Assembly: GCA_051251855.1 (NCBI GenBank)
Contig: JBPOGI010000001.1
Span: forward strand, 448,001 to 512,000
Length of the DNA: 64,000 bases
Source: Roseibacillus sp.
GTDB lineage: Bacteria; Verrucomicrobiota; Verrucomicrobiia; Verrucomicrobiales; Akkermansiaceae
Direction: 5' to 3'
Under the pieces are notes generated by a model. It was not told the origin of the DNA and made no database searches. It worked only from the letters and a program-made list of their open reading frames with translations. Positions 48,834-57,432 of the stretch are shown piece after piece (the stretch's first letter is position 1; every line of letters starts with the position of its first letter). The translations under genes were made by a program, and so were the position numbers.

Positions 48834-48837
48834 GTGG

Positions 48838-49476
48838 TTAGTAGGAAACCGAAGCAGTATGGTCTATGCTAGTCTTTTCTGCGCTCTTGGGTGCAATGAT
48901 GCGACTGACGACAGGATTGGAGGCATCTTTGAGGAGTCTGGCACGGGAGCGGAGACCGACTTTGGCATGAAAGGGGGGTTCCCAAGAAGGAGTGATGTCG
49001 GCGAGTTCCTTTTCGGTCAGGAAGCGGCGGAAGTCGGTTTCGATTTCTTTGCGATGATGATCCATGTCCTCATCGAAACGGAGGTGAAAGACGGGTTCTG
49101 TGTAGCTGACAATCAGATTACGGCCTTCCACAGGGGTGCAGATAAAGCGGGCATCAGGAGTCGCCGTTTGTTTGAGGGTTTGGATGGCTTGGCTCTTGAT
49201 GGTTTCCGGATTACGCTCGTTCTCGACGACGACACAGGTGCCGTGGTGAAAGAGGACAAAGGCGCGGTTGCTTTTGACGTTTCGCGAGCAAAATTCGATA
49301 AGCCGATTGTCTGTGCCGTTGCCTGCAAGCACTTTGGGGGTGGTCTTCCTCGGAGTGGCGGCGAAGAAGTGTGTTAAAAAGATAGCTACAAGGGGAACGC
49401 AAGCGGTGAGAAGAATGCCGATGCGAGCGCTCGCACGGTCGAGGTTGAAGTCTAAAAGTTTAGGTTTCTTGGTCAT
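48838..49476 (-). CDS. Hypothetical membrane-anchored protein
   Basis: 212-aa ORF with an N-terminal TM segment, 4 nt from the next gene. Confidence 0.65.
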   Translation of the reverse strand: MTKKPKLLDFNLDRASARIGILLTACVPLVAIFLTHFFAATPRKTTPKVLAGNGTDNRLIEFCSRNVKSNRAFVLFHHGTCVVVENERNPETIKSQAIQTLKQTATPDARFICTPVEGRNLIVSYTEPVFHLRFDEDMDHHRKEIETDFRRFLTEKELADITPSWEPPFHAKVGLRSRARLLKDASNPVVSRIIAPKSAEKTSIDHTASVSY

Positions 49477-49814
49477 ATTTTTAAAAAACAGGGTCCTTTT
49501 GAACGAATTCGACTGTTTTTAAGACACGATAGGACAAACTTCAATCCATTTCCTTAATATTGTTTACAATTAAACTAATCTTAAGTAAATTTCTGGAGTT
49601 CGCCCCGTTCTCATGAAAATTGCTACTTTTCCGAGACGAGATAGATATCTCGTACCTTCCTTATTTGTCGGAGGTCTTTCCCTTGGGGGAGAGTTGTCTT
49701 CCGTTCAGGTGGATTCGGAACTCGTCATCCGTGTGGATGTTTTGAGCAGCGTGAGCAACACAGAGCTCTCTGACTAGCCTTCGAAACTCTCTTAGAAGAA
49801 AACGATTCAACCCG

Positions 49815-50558
49815 ATGTCACGACGTAAAAAAGAAACTCAAGCTTCTCAGGTAAAAAATCCTGAAGGAGAGGAGTTGAGGTTATATGCTCTGGAGGTAGG
49901 GGACGGGAAGGTGATTAAAAGGCCGACCTCTTCAGATGCTTACCAAGTTGTCGGAGACGAGGTGTTGACTGAGAAGCTTGATCCTAGGTGCTGGGCTCAG
50001 GCTCTAGCAGAAGGGGCTAAGACGAAGGACGAGGCCTTGAGTATCTATGCCAAGATTCGAGCGGAAGAGTTGGCAGGAAAGGTCACCGTGGAGGAGACGA
50101 AGGCGAAGGCTCTTGAAGAGCGGAAGTTGGCAGCGGGGCTTCCCGAGTCGCATTACCAGACTCGAATTGTTTGGCGTAAGCGCTACTCATTGGTGTGGGA
50201 TTTTCTCTTTTGGCAGATTCTTTTGTCCGTTAGCGGGGTAGGTCTTTTTCTGGTGATTCTCGCGATGGGAACCGATTCTCGGTGGTGGCCAGGGTTGCTT
50301 CCTTTGGTAGTTGTTTCCGCATGCCTGCAATTGTCACCAATGGCTTTCTATGGGTTAGGTAAACTTTTGGTTGGAAAGGTGAGGTATACTCAAGCCTTGG
50401 CCGCAACAGCTGTGGCCTTGATTGCTCTGGGAGGAGTGATGGGGGTTCAGAACTTGATGGGTAAGAAGAGTCCTCGTTGGATACAGTTTGTTGTCGATAA
50501 GACCGTCGAGGAGCAGAGGGAACCGGAGTCGGTGGTTATGAGCGGGGAAGAATTCTAG
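49815..50558 (+). CDS. Hypothetical membrane protein
   Basis: Soluble N-terminus followed by three TM segments. Confidence 0.7.
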   Translation: MSRRKKETQASQVKNPEGEELRLYALEVGDGKVIKRPTSSDAYQVVGDEVLTEKLDPRCWAQALAEGAKTKDEALSIYAKIRAEELAGKVTVEETKAKALEERKLAAGLPESHYQTRIVWRKRYSLVWDFLFWQILLSVSGVGLFLVILAMGTDSRWWPGLLPLVVVSACLQLSPMAFYGLGKLLVGKVRYTQALAATAVALIALGGVMGVQNLMGKKSPRWIQFVVDKTVEEQREPESVVMSGEEF

Positions 50559-50606
50559 GTGCGCTCTAGATTTGAGGAAGGGGCTCTCATGAAGAGGGAT
50601 CTTCTG

Positions 50607-51101
50607 CTATCTTTCGAGTTCGATTTCTTCCATCTCTTCCTCTTGATCTTTGAACCGCTCGTCCATGCGGCCTTCGATGGCAACATCGAGAAGTTGGCGG
50701 GCATTTTCTGCCATTGGGGAGAGGGAGATGACTGCGCCCCCTGTCTCCTCTTCGTTAAAGTGGAGGTAGAAATTTTTTCCAATGACTTCGGCATGATGGA
50801 ACTCTGACCAAGACCAAAGACGGAAGTTCTGGGAAGGTTTGAAAAAGGGGAAGAACTCGATGCCGACTGGGCTTAGGATGATAAACGCGTGCTTCGCGCA
50901 TCGGAAGGAAAGCCAGAAGGCCCCTGCGGCTGGAAGTAAAAAGGGAAGAGGGTAGAGCGGATGAATGGGAGATCCGGTTCCGATGACAGCTGTGAAAAAG
51001 AGGGTGGCAGCGATGGCTACGAAGATGGCTCCCACGATTGCGAAGGTGCGAGCTTGCCCCGATCGAGTGAAGCGAATTTCTTTCTCAGGATTTGATACCA
51101 T
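50607..51101 (-). CDS. Hypothetical membrane protein
   Basis: Two TM helices and a small beta-rich domain; abuts the trpC stop. Confidence 0.7.
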   Translation of the reverse strand: MVSNPEKEIRFTRSGQARTFAIVGAIFVAIAATLFFTAVIGTGSPIHPLYPLPFLLPAAGAFWLSFRCAKHAFIILSPVGIEFFPFFKPSQNFRLWSWSEFHHAEVIGKNFYLHFNEEETGGAVISLSPMAENARQLLDVAIEGRMDERFKDQEEEMEEIELER

Positions 51102-51914
51102 TTACGACTTTTCGATTTGTTCGGGTGTGGTCAGCTGCAGGGAGAGGAACTCTTGAATGGTCTCGGCGGGAATGTGCGAGCGCATCAAGCTCTCGCCAAC
51201 GAGGATGGCGTTGGCTCCGTATTCGAGAACTTCGTAGGCGTCCTTGGCATCGCGGATTCCGGACTCGGAGACGAGGATGATATTGTCGGGGGCTTCATCG
51301 GCCAGTTGCTCAGTAGTTTTGAGATCGGTTTTGAAGGTCTTGAGATTACGGTTATTGATTCCAAGGAGGTCAATGGAATCGAGGTCCAATGCGCGTTCCA
51401 TCTCGGGGAGATCATGGACTTCGACTAAAACGTCGAGCTGGAGAGCGCGGGCTGTTTCATAGAGTCGGGTAAGGGTGTCTTGGTCGAGAGCGGCTACGAT
51501 GAGGAGAATAGCATCGGCGCCGGCAATGATGGCTTCGTGGATCTGAAGCTCGTGAATGGTGAAGTCTTTTCTCAGGAGGGGACAGGAGGGTTTTTCTGAA
51601 ATTTGGCTCAAGTAGGCGAGGGAGCCCTTGAAGTATTTTTCGTCGGTGAGAATCGACATACAGGAGGCACCACCGTCGATATAGGCTTCGGCTTGCTTGA
51701 GAGGGTCGAAGTTGGGGTCGATGATCCCAGCTGAAGGGGAAGCTTTTTTGATTTCGGCAATGACGCCCAATTGGTCGGGACCGCGATCGAGGGCGGTGCG
51801 AAAGCCTCGGAAGTCGTTTCGTTGCAATGCAGCAGCTTTGAGGTTGGCGGCGCGGGGGAGGAGGAGGTCTACCTCGGTTTGTTTGTGGGCGATGATTTCA
51901 GCAAGTTTGTCCAT
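51102..51914 (-). CDS. trpC: Indole-3-glycerol phosphate synthase
   Basis: IAEIKKASPSAG, SILTD, LLRKDF, LVEVH, GINNRNL and VSESGI. Start MDKLAEI. Confidence 0.97.
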   Translation of the reverse strand: MDKLAEIIAHKQTEVDLLLPRAANLKAAALQRNDFRGFRTALDRGPDQLGVIAEIKKASPSAGIIDPNFDPLKQAEAYIDGGASCMSILTDEKYFKGSLAYLSQISEKPSCPLLRKDFTIHELQIHEAIIAGADAILLIVAALDQDTLTRLYETARALQLDVLVEVHDLPEMERALDLDSIDLLGINNRNLKTFKTDLKTTEQLADEAPDNIILVSESGIRDAKDAYEVLEYGANAILVGESLMRSHIPAETIQEFLSLQLTTPEQIEKS

Positions 51915-52041
51915 GGCGAAGGTCGGGAAAAGGTTCTGTGGTAAAGAGAGCGTAAGGTCGAGTGAGATTTTGTCAGTTTGTGATGAGTTTTCTCTTGCGA
52001 GCCTCAGATGTTTTTGTATCTTCCGCGTCCGCAAGGAAAAA

Positions 52042-52116
52042 GCGGGCGTAGCTCAGTGGTAGAGCGCGACCTTGCCAAGGTCGATGTCGAGAGTTCGAAT
52101 CTCTTCGCCCGCTCCA
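52042..52116 (+). tRNA. tRNA-Gly (GCC)
   Basis: GCGGGCG/CGCCCGC acceptor stem, CGACC-TTGCCAA-GGTCG anticodon arm, GTTCGAAT T-loop and encoded CCA. Confidence 0.98.
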
Positions 52117-52119
52117 AAT

Positions 52120-52157
52120 AAAGGCTCTCAGGAATCAACCTGAGGGCCTTTTCTTTT
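52120..52157 (+). terminator. Intrinsic terminator after tRNA-Gly
   Basis: AAGGCTCTCAGG-AATCAA-CCTGAGGGCCTT followed by TTCTTTT. Confidence 0.85.
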
Positions 52158-52441
52158 CTCCTCTGGCCTTGTTGAAAAAGAGCCGGAAGTATAAGGGCTT
52201 TCGATTAGATGGAGGGGGAGGAGCGAGGCGCGGTCCTGACTTCGGAGTTTTCCTGGACGAGATGATGTCTCGGATTACGGGGTTTGGCGCGGAAATGTCT
52301 TGTCTATCTGGGTGTATCGTGCAATGCCCTCCCTTCCTTTCCTGTGAAAGGGATTAACTTTTTGATTACGTGACGATGGCGGAGGATAACATTATCCAAT
52401 TTAACCAAACAAAGCCTGAGTCACGGTTTTCTGGAACACCT

Positions 52442-52645
52442 ATGAAAAGCGAGCTTGTCGAGAAAGCGTCTGAGGTCATGCCTGACCCCCAAGTCCTGAT
52501 TAATATGGTGTCCCGCCGGGTCAAGCAGCTGAATGATGGGCGTGCCCCATTGATTGAGACTGTTCCCAGCATGGGCGCCGCTGATATTGCCCTGACCGAG
52601 ATTATAGAGGGTAAGATCAAGTTGGCGGAGACGCCTGCGGAGTAA
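52442..52645 (+). CDS. rpoZ: RNA polymerase omega subunit
   Basis: LINMVSRRVKQL...PL...IALTEI.EGKI. Confidence 0.88.
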   Translation: MKSELVEKASEVMPDPQVLINMVSRRVKQLNDGRAPLIETVPSMGAADIALTEIIEGKIKLAETPAE

Positions 52646-52729
52646 GCTCTTGAGCGGAATCCCCCTCAAGTTTGTGCTTAGTTGGATTCTGTGTTAATTT
52701 TTTTCCGTTGAGCCATAGGTTTGGCTCTC

Positions 52730-52757
52730 AGCCTGCGGGGTGACTTGCGGGCTTTCT
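52730..52757 (+). terminator. Putative terminator between rpoZ and smpB
   Basis: AGCCTGCGGG-GTGA-CTTGCGGGCT followed by TTCT. Confidence 0.45.
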
Positions 52758-52810
52758 GCTATCTGGTGACCTACGCTGAAGCTCTGTGATCCTTTCTCCT
52801 ATTTCTACCC

Positions 52811-53272
52811 ATGATTACCGACGTTGCCAAAAATAAGAAGGCGCTGCATGACTTCCACATTTTGGGGAAGATTGAATGTGGGATCGAGTTGCGGGGGACT
52901 GAGGTGAAGTCGATCCGAGACGGCAAGGTGAATATTCGTGATGCGTATGCGCGAGTGGAGCGAGGCCAGGTGTTTCTTTATGGCTGTGATATCCAGCCTT
53001 GGCAGACGGCGGGGACTTGGTTCCAGCATGAGACGAAGCGGCCTAGGAGGTTACTGCTTCATAAGAGTGAGATTCTGAAGTTACAGGAAGCAACTCATGT
53101 GAAGGGGGAGACTTTGGTGGCGTTGCGGCTCTATTTTAAGGGACGCCGAGTGAAAGTTGAGCTGGGACAGGCGAAAGGGAAGACTCATGGGGACCAGAGG
53201 CATGATTTGAAGAAGAAGGTGGAATTGCGTGAGGCTCAGAGGGAGATGTCGAAGTTCAATAAGGGGCGGTAG
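52811..53272 (+). CDS. smpB: SsrA-binding protein
   Basis: NKKALHDF, GIELRGTEVKSIR, RRLLLHKSEI and KVELG.AKGK. Confidence 0.97.
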   Translation: MITDVAKNKKALHDFHILGKIECGIELRGTEVKSIRDGKVNIRDAYARVERGQVFLYGCDIQPWQTAGTWFQHETKRPRRLLLHKSEILKLQEATHVKGETLVALRLYFKGRRVKVELGQAKGKTHGDQRHDLKKKVELREAQREMSKFNKGR

Positions 53273-53555
53273 GGAGGAATTCCCAACGGGAGGCAGAGAT
53301 TGGGTTGGATAAATTGGGTTGGATTTTTGAAAGGTGGAGCTGCGGTGGAGCGCGGAGTTTTAGTTCTCTCTACGGGCAGGACGATTGCAGTGGGATCCCG
53401 AGGATCGTAACTGAAGATCCGAGCTCCGTTAGGAGATTAATCTGACCCCTTCAAAGAACGACAATGAACCTTAACACAGCGTAATTCGACTGAGGTCTAT
53501 GCTCCTTCCCTGATTTTAACAGTGAGGCCAGCTAGAATCGTCGGTCTGGGGAGCC

Positions 53556-54410
53556 CTAGAACACCAGCGGTTCTTCCGGAGAGAGAAAGTTGAGGTCGAC
53601 GAGGAAGCGGTCGAGGGCGTTGAGCGAGAGTTCGTAGAGCTGCTCGTTGGTGTTGTAGTTGAAGAAGGTGTGGCCGGCTCCTTCGAAGTCGATGAGCTCG
53701 CATTTGTTGCCTTTGCGACGGTAATTTTTGGCAAATTTAGTGACGTGATCGAAGGGGGCGACACGGTCGTTGCGGCCGTGGAGAAGGAGGCAAGGAGGCA
53801 GGTCTTTGGCCGGTAGCTGGGTGCTGGGACTGTGCTGTTTTGCCTCTTTAGGGGTGGGGAAACGCTCGTGTTCGATGCCTTTGGGCGTGGTATCGACAAT
53901 GGCCGAATAAGCGGCGACGGCGGCAGGTTTGAGGTCGAGTCCCTCGGCGTTTTGGGTATTACCCTGAAGGGCTGAGGTGAGGGCTAGGTGTCCGCCAGAG
54001 CCGGCTCCGACGACGATAATGCGCTCGGGGTCGATGCCGATGATGGAGGCGTTCTGTTTCAAGAAGCCGATGGCCATGCGGACGTCTTCCATCGCTTCCA
54101 TGGGGTTGGTGCGATGTTTGTTGAAGACGCGGTATTCAACGGTGACAGCAACGCAGCCTCGAGTGGAGAAGTGATGGCAATGGGGGACGAACTGGGTGGG
54201 CATGGAGGCGTCCCAGAGGCCGCCATGGAGGAAGAGGATGCAGTTGAGGTGGGCAGCTTCGGGATTGTGACCAGGAGGAAGGTAGAAGTGAGCTGAGAGT
54301 GGGCCTTGCGGCGATTCGTAGTAGACGTAGGAGTGCGCGTCTTTGAGAAGCTCGCGATCGCGAGCCTCGCCGAGGGCTGGGGCCTCCTTCAATTGTGACA
54401 AAGACGACAT
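53556..54410 (-). CDS. Alpha/beta hydrolase-fold protein with an atypical nucleophile motif
   Basis: HGGLW, EYR, GIDPERI, GAGSGGHLA, LHG..D..AP and GAGHTFFN. Start MSSLSQL. Confidence 0.85.
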   Translation of the reverse strand: MSSLSQLKEAPALGEARDRELLKDAHSYVYYESPQGPLSAHFYLPPGHNPEAAHLNCILFLHGGLWDASMPTQFVPHCHHFSTRGCVAVTVEYRVFNKHRTNPMEAMEDVRMAIGFLKQNASIIGIDPERIIVVGAGSGGHLALTSALQGNTQNAEGLDLKPAAVAAYSAIVDTTPKGIEHERFPTPKEAKQHSPSTQLPAKDLPPCLLLHGRNDRVAPFDHVTKFAKNYRRKGNKCELIDFEGAGHTFFNYNTNEQLYELSLNALDRFLVDLNFLSPEEPLVF

Positions 54411-54464
54411 ATGAAGAAAAAAGGTGGTCGCGGAAGGGGGTGTTTGTCCATAGTTTCCCGCATC

Positions 54465-55355
54465 ATGAAGTCGCTTTTCCCAATCACCTTTACTTCGATG
54501 CTTATTTTCGGGCTTTTGGCTCCTCGTCTTTCGGCACAAAATCAGATGCAGCCGATTCTAGAGGGGGTCTACAATCAGTGGCGTCAGGCCTTGATAACGA
54601 AGAATCCGGGGCGCTGGAGCCAGACGACTTCGACTCGGCGTCAGGTGGAGATGCGGAATCGAATTTTTTCGGAGCGGCGGCCTTTTCCGGGGAGTTTGTT
54701 TGCCTTGCCGACCGCGCCACCTGATTTGAGAGGTCTCACGCCGGCGCGGATTAAGGTGAAGGGGCCGACGGCAAAGGCGATCTATTTTGGTAAGGTCGAT
54801 TTTGGAGTCGGCGGGCAACCGACTGATAATATTCTGGTGCTTTCTTTTGTGCAGGAGTCGGGGTGGAAGTATGATGGTGCGGACTTTATCAATCTAATGG
54901 CTTTGCCTGATGTTCGAGCTGCTTTGGCAAAGGGAGACTATTCGAGTTTGGACAAAGCTGAGTTTCAGCCCACGGGAGCTCCTCCGCGTTCTCCTGCGAT
55001 TCAGTTAAATGGCCCTGTTCCTTATATTGCCAAGGTTTACTGTTTCTGTCCGGGCCGCGAGGTGACGGTACAGGTCAATCGCCGGAGTCGGCATACGGTT
55101 GCGAATAACAAGGCTGCTGAGGTAGTGATTGGTGGAGCGAGCCCTGGTGTAAATCAGGTGGAATACTCGGTGAAAAACTTGCCGGGTTCGGCGGGTAACG
55201 AGCCGCTGGCGATTCGAGTCTACTTGATGTCTGAGAAGGCGGGGACGAAAATTCCTGCGGTATTCGAATACTTGGTGCCTGAGGGGGGGGGCGTGAAGAG
55301 TAGTGGGCAGGGAACCTTTAATTTGGATCAGGCCTTGGCGTCGAAGTTGCGCTAG
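54465..55355 (+). CDS. Exported hypothetical protein
   Basis: Signal peptide from MKSLFPITF; long ORF with plus-strand codon usage. Confidence 0.75.
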   Translation: MKSLFPITFTSMLIFGLLAPRLSAQNQMQPILEGVYNQWRQALITKNPGRWSQTTSTRRQVEMRNRIFSERRPFPGSLFALPTAPPDLRGLTPARIKVKGPTAKAIYFGKVDFGVGGQPTDNILVLSFVQESGWKYDGADFINLMALPDVRAALAKGDYSSLDKAEFQPTGAPPRSPAIQLNGPVPYIAKVYCFCPGREVTVQVNRRSRHTVANNKAAEVVIGGASPGVNQVEYSVKNLPGSAGNEPLAIRVYLMSEKAGTKIPAVFEYLVPEGGGVKSSGQGTFNLDQALASKLR

Positions 55356-55408
55356 GTCGGGACAGTTTGAGGTGTTGACGGACGATGTAGGCAGGTGGAG
55401 CTTTCGCT

Positions 55409-57298
55409 ATGAAAATATTTTCGATGCTGCTGGGTCTTGCTTTGGCAGTCGCTCACGCGGAGGTGGCTTTGCCTACTTTGCAGGGCCAGATTTGGCCGGT
55501 GGTGGAGCAGGCGCATAAGACGACCGTTGCGGTGGGTGCGATGGGAGCGACGGGTAGCGGAGTGGTTGTCACGGCCGATGGTATCGTGCTGACGGCGGGG
55601 CATGTGGTTACGAATATGGAGACGGGCGAAGTCGCGGAGACGGTTTCGATTCAGTTTGATGATGGTGAGGAGTTTCAAGCGGAGGTGCTGGGGATGAATC
55701 GCAGCCACGATGCGGCGATGTTGCAATTGATTGGAGAGGGGCCGTGGGCGTTTTCACCTTTGGGAAGTTCGGCTGCGATTCGGCCGGGGACGTGGGTGGT
55801 GGCGACGGGTCACCCCTCGGGCTACGATGCCTTGCGGGCAGCTCCAGTGCGATTTGGACGGGTGGTCTCGAAGAGCGCGGACCATTTCTTTGGGAGCGAT
55901 TGTGTTTTGTTTGGGGGAGATTCGGGAGGGCCGCTGTTTGATTTGGAGGGCAAGGTTGTGGGGATTCACTCGTGGATTGGGGAGGATGTGCAGACCAATA
56001 CCCACGCAGGAATCAGCGGTTTTGTAGGGGATTGGGAGAAGATGAAGGCGGGAGATCAATGGGGAAAGCTGGAGCCGCCGCCGAGTCTGAAAGAAGGAAC
56101 CCCTGTTCTAGGAGTAATGTTCAATGGCAATGCGAGAGGTCGAAGTGTGCGGCTGGATGCAGTGTTGGCGGAGTCCGCAGCGGAGGTTGCAGGTCTTCGG
56201 GAGGGTGATCTTATTTTGCGAGTAGATGGAGAGCCGGTGGACGGAGCTCGATTCAAGCGCTATTTGCAAAGGTTGCAGGCGGGTGACGAGGTGGTGCTGG
56301 ATGTGCAGCGTGGGCAGGAGGAGTTGATTACGCGGGTACAATTGGGGACGGTAACTGCTTTGCCTTTTGTCACACAAAGGGGGCAGGATTTGTTAGAGAC
56401 ACAGGCGCGGGAGTTTTTTGGGGCCTTTGAGGAGGTGACGGATGAGTTGGGGAATGGGGTAGTTCGAGTTTTTGCGAATGCGAAGCAGGTGGGATTTGGA
56501 ACGGTGTGGAATGGGACAAAGGTGCTGGCGAAGTGGAGCGAGATTAAGAAGGCGAAGGCGCTGACTGGAGTGGATTCGGATGGACGTGAGTTTGCGTTGC
56601 AGGTGCTGGAGATTTTTGCGGCACACGACTTGGTTTTGTTGAAAATGCCCGCAGGGGTCGAGCTTCGTTCGATTCCATTGCAGGGGATTCCGGCTAGGGC
56701 GGGAACGTTGGTGGCGGCGGTGAGGCCTGATGGTGTGGCGGAAGGAATTGGAGTGATTTCGGTGGCGGAGCGAAGTCTGCTCGTGAGTTCACGTGGCTTT
56801 CTGGGGGTCGAACTAGATATCGACTACGATGCGGGAGGGGTTTTGGTGAGAAGTGTGGAGAATAGCAGTGCGGCTGAGGAAGCGGGAGTCTTGGCAGAAG
56901 ATGTGATTTCGGCCGTGGATGGACGCAAAATTGATAGTTTTCAGGAGCTGAGGACGGTGTTGAGTCGGGCGGGAGCGAATCAAGAAGTGGTGTTGAGTGT
57001 GCGCCGTCGAACAGGACCATTGGAACTTACTGCGAAGTTGAAGCCAAAGCGTCCGGATGGGATCAGCTTAAGTCGACGGGAGCGGATGATGAACCGAATG
57101 GATGAGCGTGGCCTCAGTGACGTGCGGGATCGTTTTCCGAGTGTTTTGCAAACGGATATGACGATTTCTCCAGAGGAAACGGGTTTGCCGGTGGTTGATA
57201 GCGACGGGCGCTTGGTTGGGATCGTTCTCGCGCGAGCAGGTCGAGTGAAGACCTTTCTCTTGCCGGTGTCTGCGATTGCTGGGCTGGTGGAAAATTAG
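55409..57298 (+). CDS. HtrA-like (S1C) serine protease with two PDZ domains and a second, degenerate protease domain
   Basis: TAGHVV, HDAAML and GDSGGP triad; PDZ motifs (LGV...SAAE.AG...D.I..VDG) twice. Confidence 0.9.
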   Translation: MKIFSMLLGLALAVAHAEVALPTLQGQIWPVVEQAHKTTVAVGAMGATGSGVVVTADGIVLTAGHVVTNMETGEVAETVSIQFDDGEEFQAEVLGMNRSHDAAMLQLIGEGPWAFSPLGSSAAIRPGTWVVATGHPSGYDALRAAPVRFGRVVSKSADHFFGSDCVLFGGDSGGPLFDLEGKVVGIHSWIGEDVQTNTHAGISGFVGDWEKMKAGDQWGKLEPPPSLKEGTPVLGVMFNGNARGRSVRLDAVLAESAAEVAGLREGDLILRVDGEPVDGARFKRYLQRLQAGDEVVLDVQRGQEELITRVQLGTVTALPFVTQRGQDLLETQAREFFGAFEEVTDELGNGVVRVFANAKQVGFGTVWNGTKVLAKWSEIKKAKALTGVDSDGREFALQVLEIFAAHDLVLLKMPAGVELRSIPLQGIPARAGTLVAAVRPDGVAEGIGVISVAERSLLVSSRGFLGVELDIDYDAGGVLVRSVENSSAAEEAGVLAEDVISAVDGRKIDSFQELRTVLSRAGANQEVVLSVRRRTGPLELTAKLKPKRPDGISLSRRERMMNRMDERGLSDVRDRFPSVLQTDMTISPEETGLPVVDSDGRLVGIVLARAGRVKTFLLPVSAIAGLVEN

Positions 57299-57307
57299 CG
57301 CGGGGAC

Positions 57308-57425
57308 GCTGATTTTTTTCCGGCTGATTTCCGGCTGATTTTCGCTGATGAGGGGCAGACTTGAGGGGTGGGGTTCCGTTCGAGGACGAACGGGTGGACG
57401 CTCGCGGGCCAGAGGCCCACGCCAC
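57308..57425. repeat. Cluster of short repeats and REP-like hairpins between convergent genes
   Basis: GCTGAT x4 (57308-57349), CCGTTCG-AGGA-CGAACGG (57376-57393) and GCGGGCC-AGA-GGCCCAC-GCCAC (57404-57425). Confidence 0.55.
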
Positions 57426-57432
57426 GGGGGCG

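Noticed and set aside
52042..52160. Integrative element at tRNA-Gly
   Set aside because: No integrase and no duplicated tRNA 3' end were seen; the tRNA is followed by its terminator and core genes.
53330..53360. tmRNA (ssrA) next to smpB, suggested by GGTGGAGC
   Set aside because: No TGGTGGA end, T-arm or GGGG 5' acceptor strand is present at a suitable distance.
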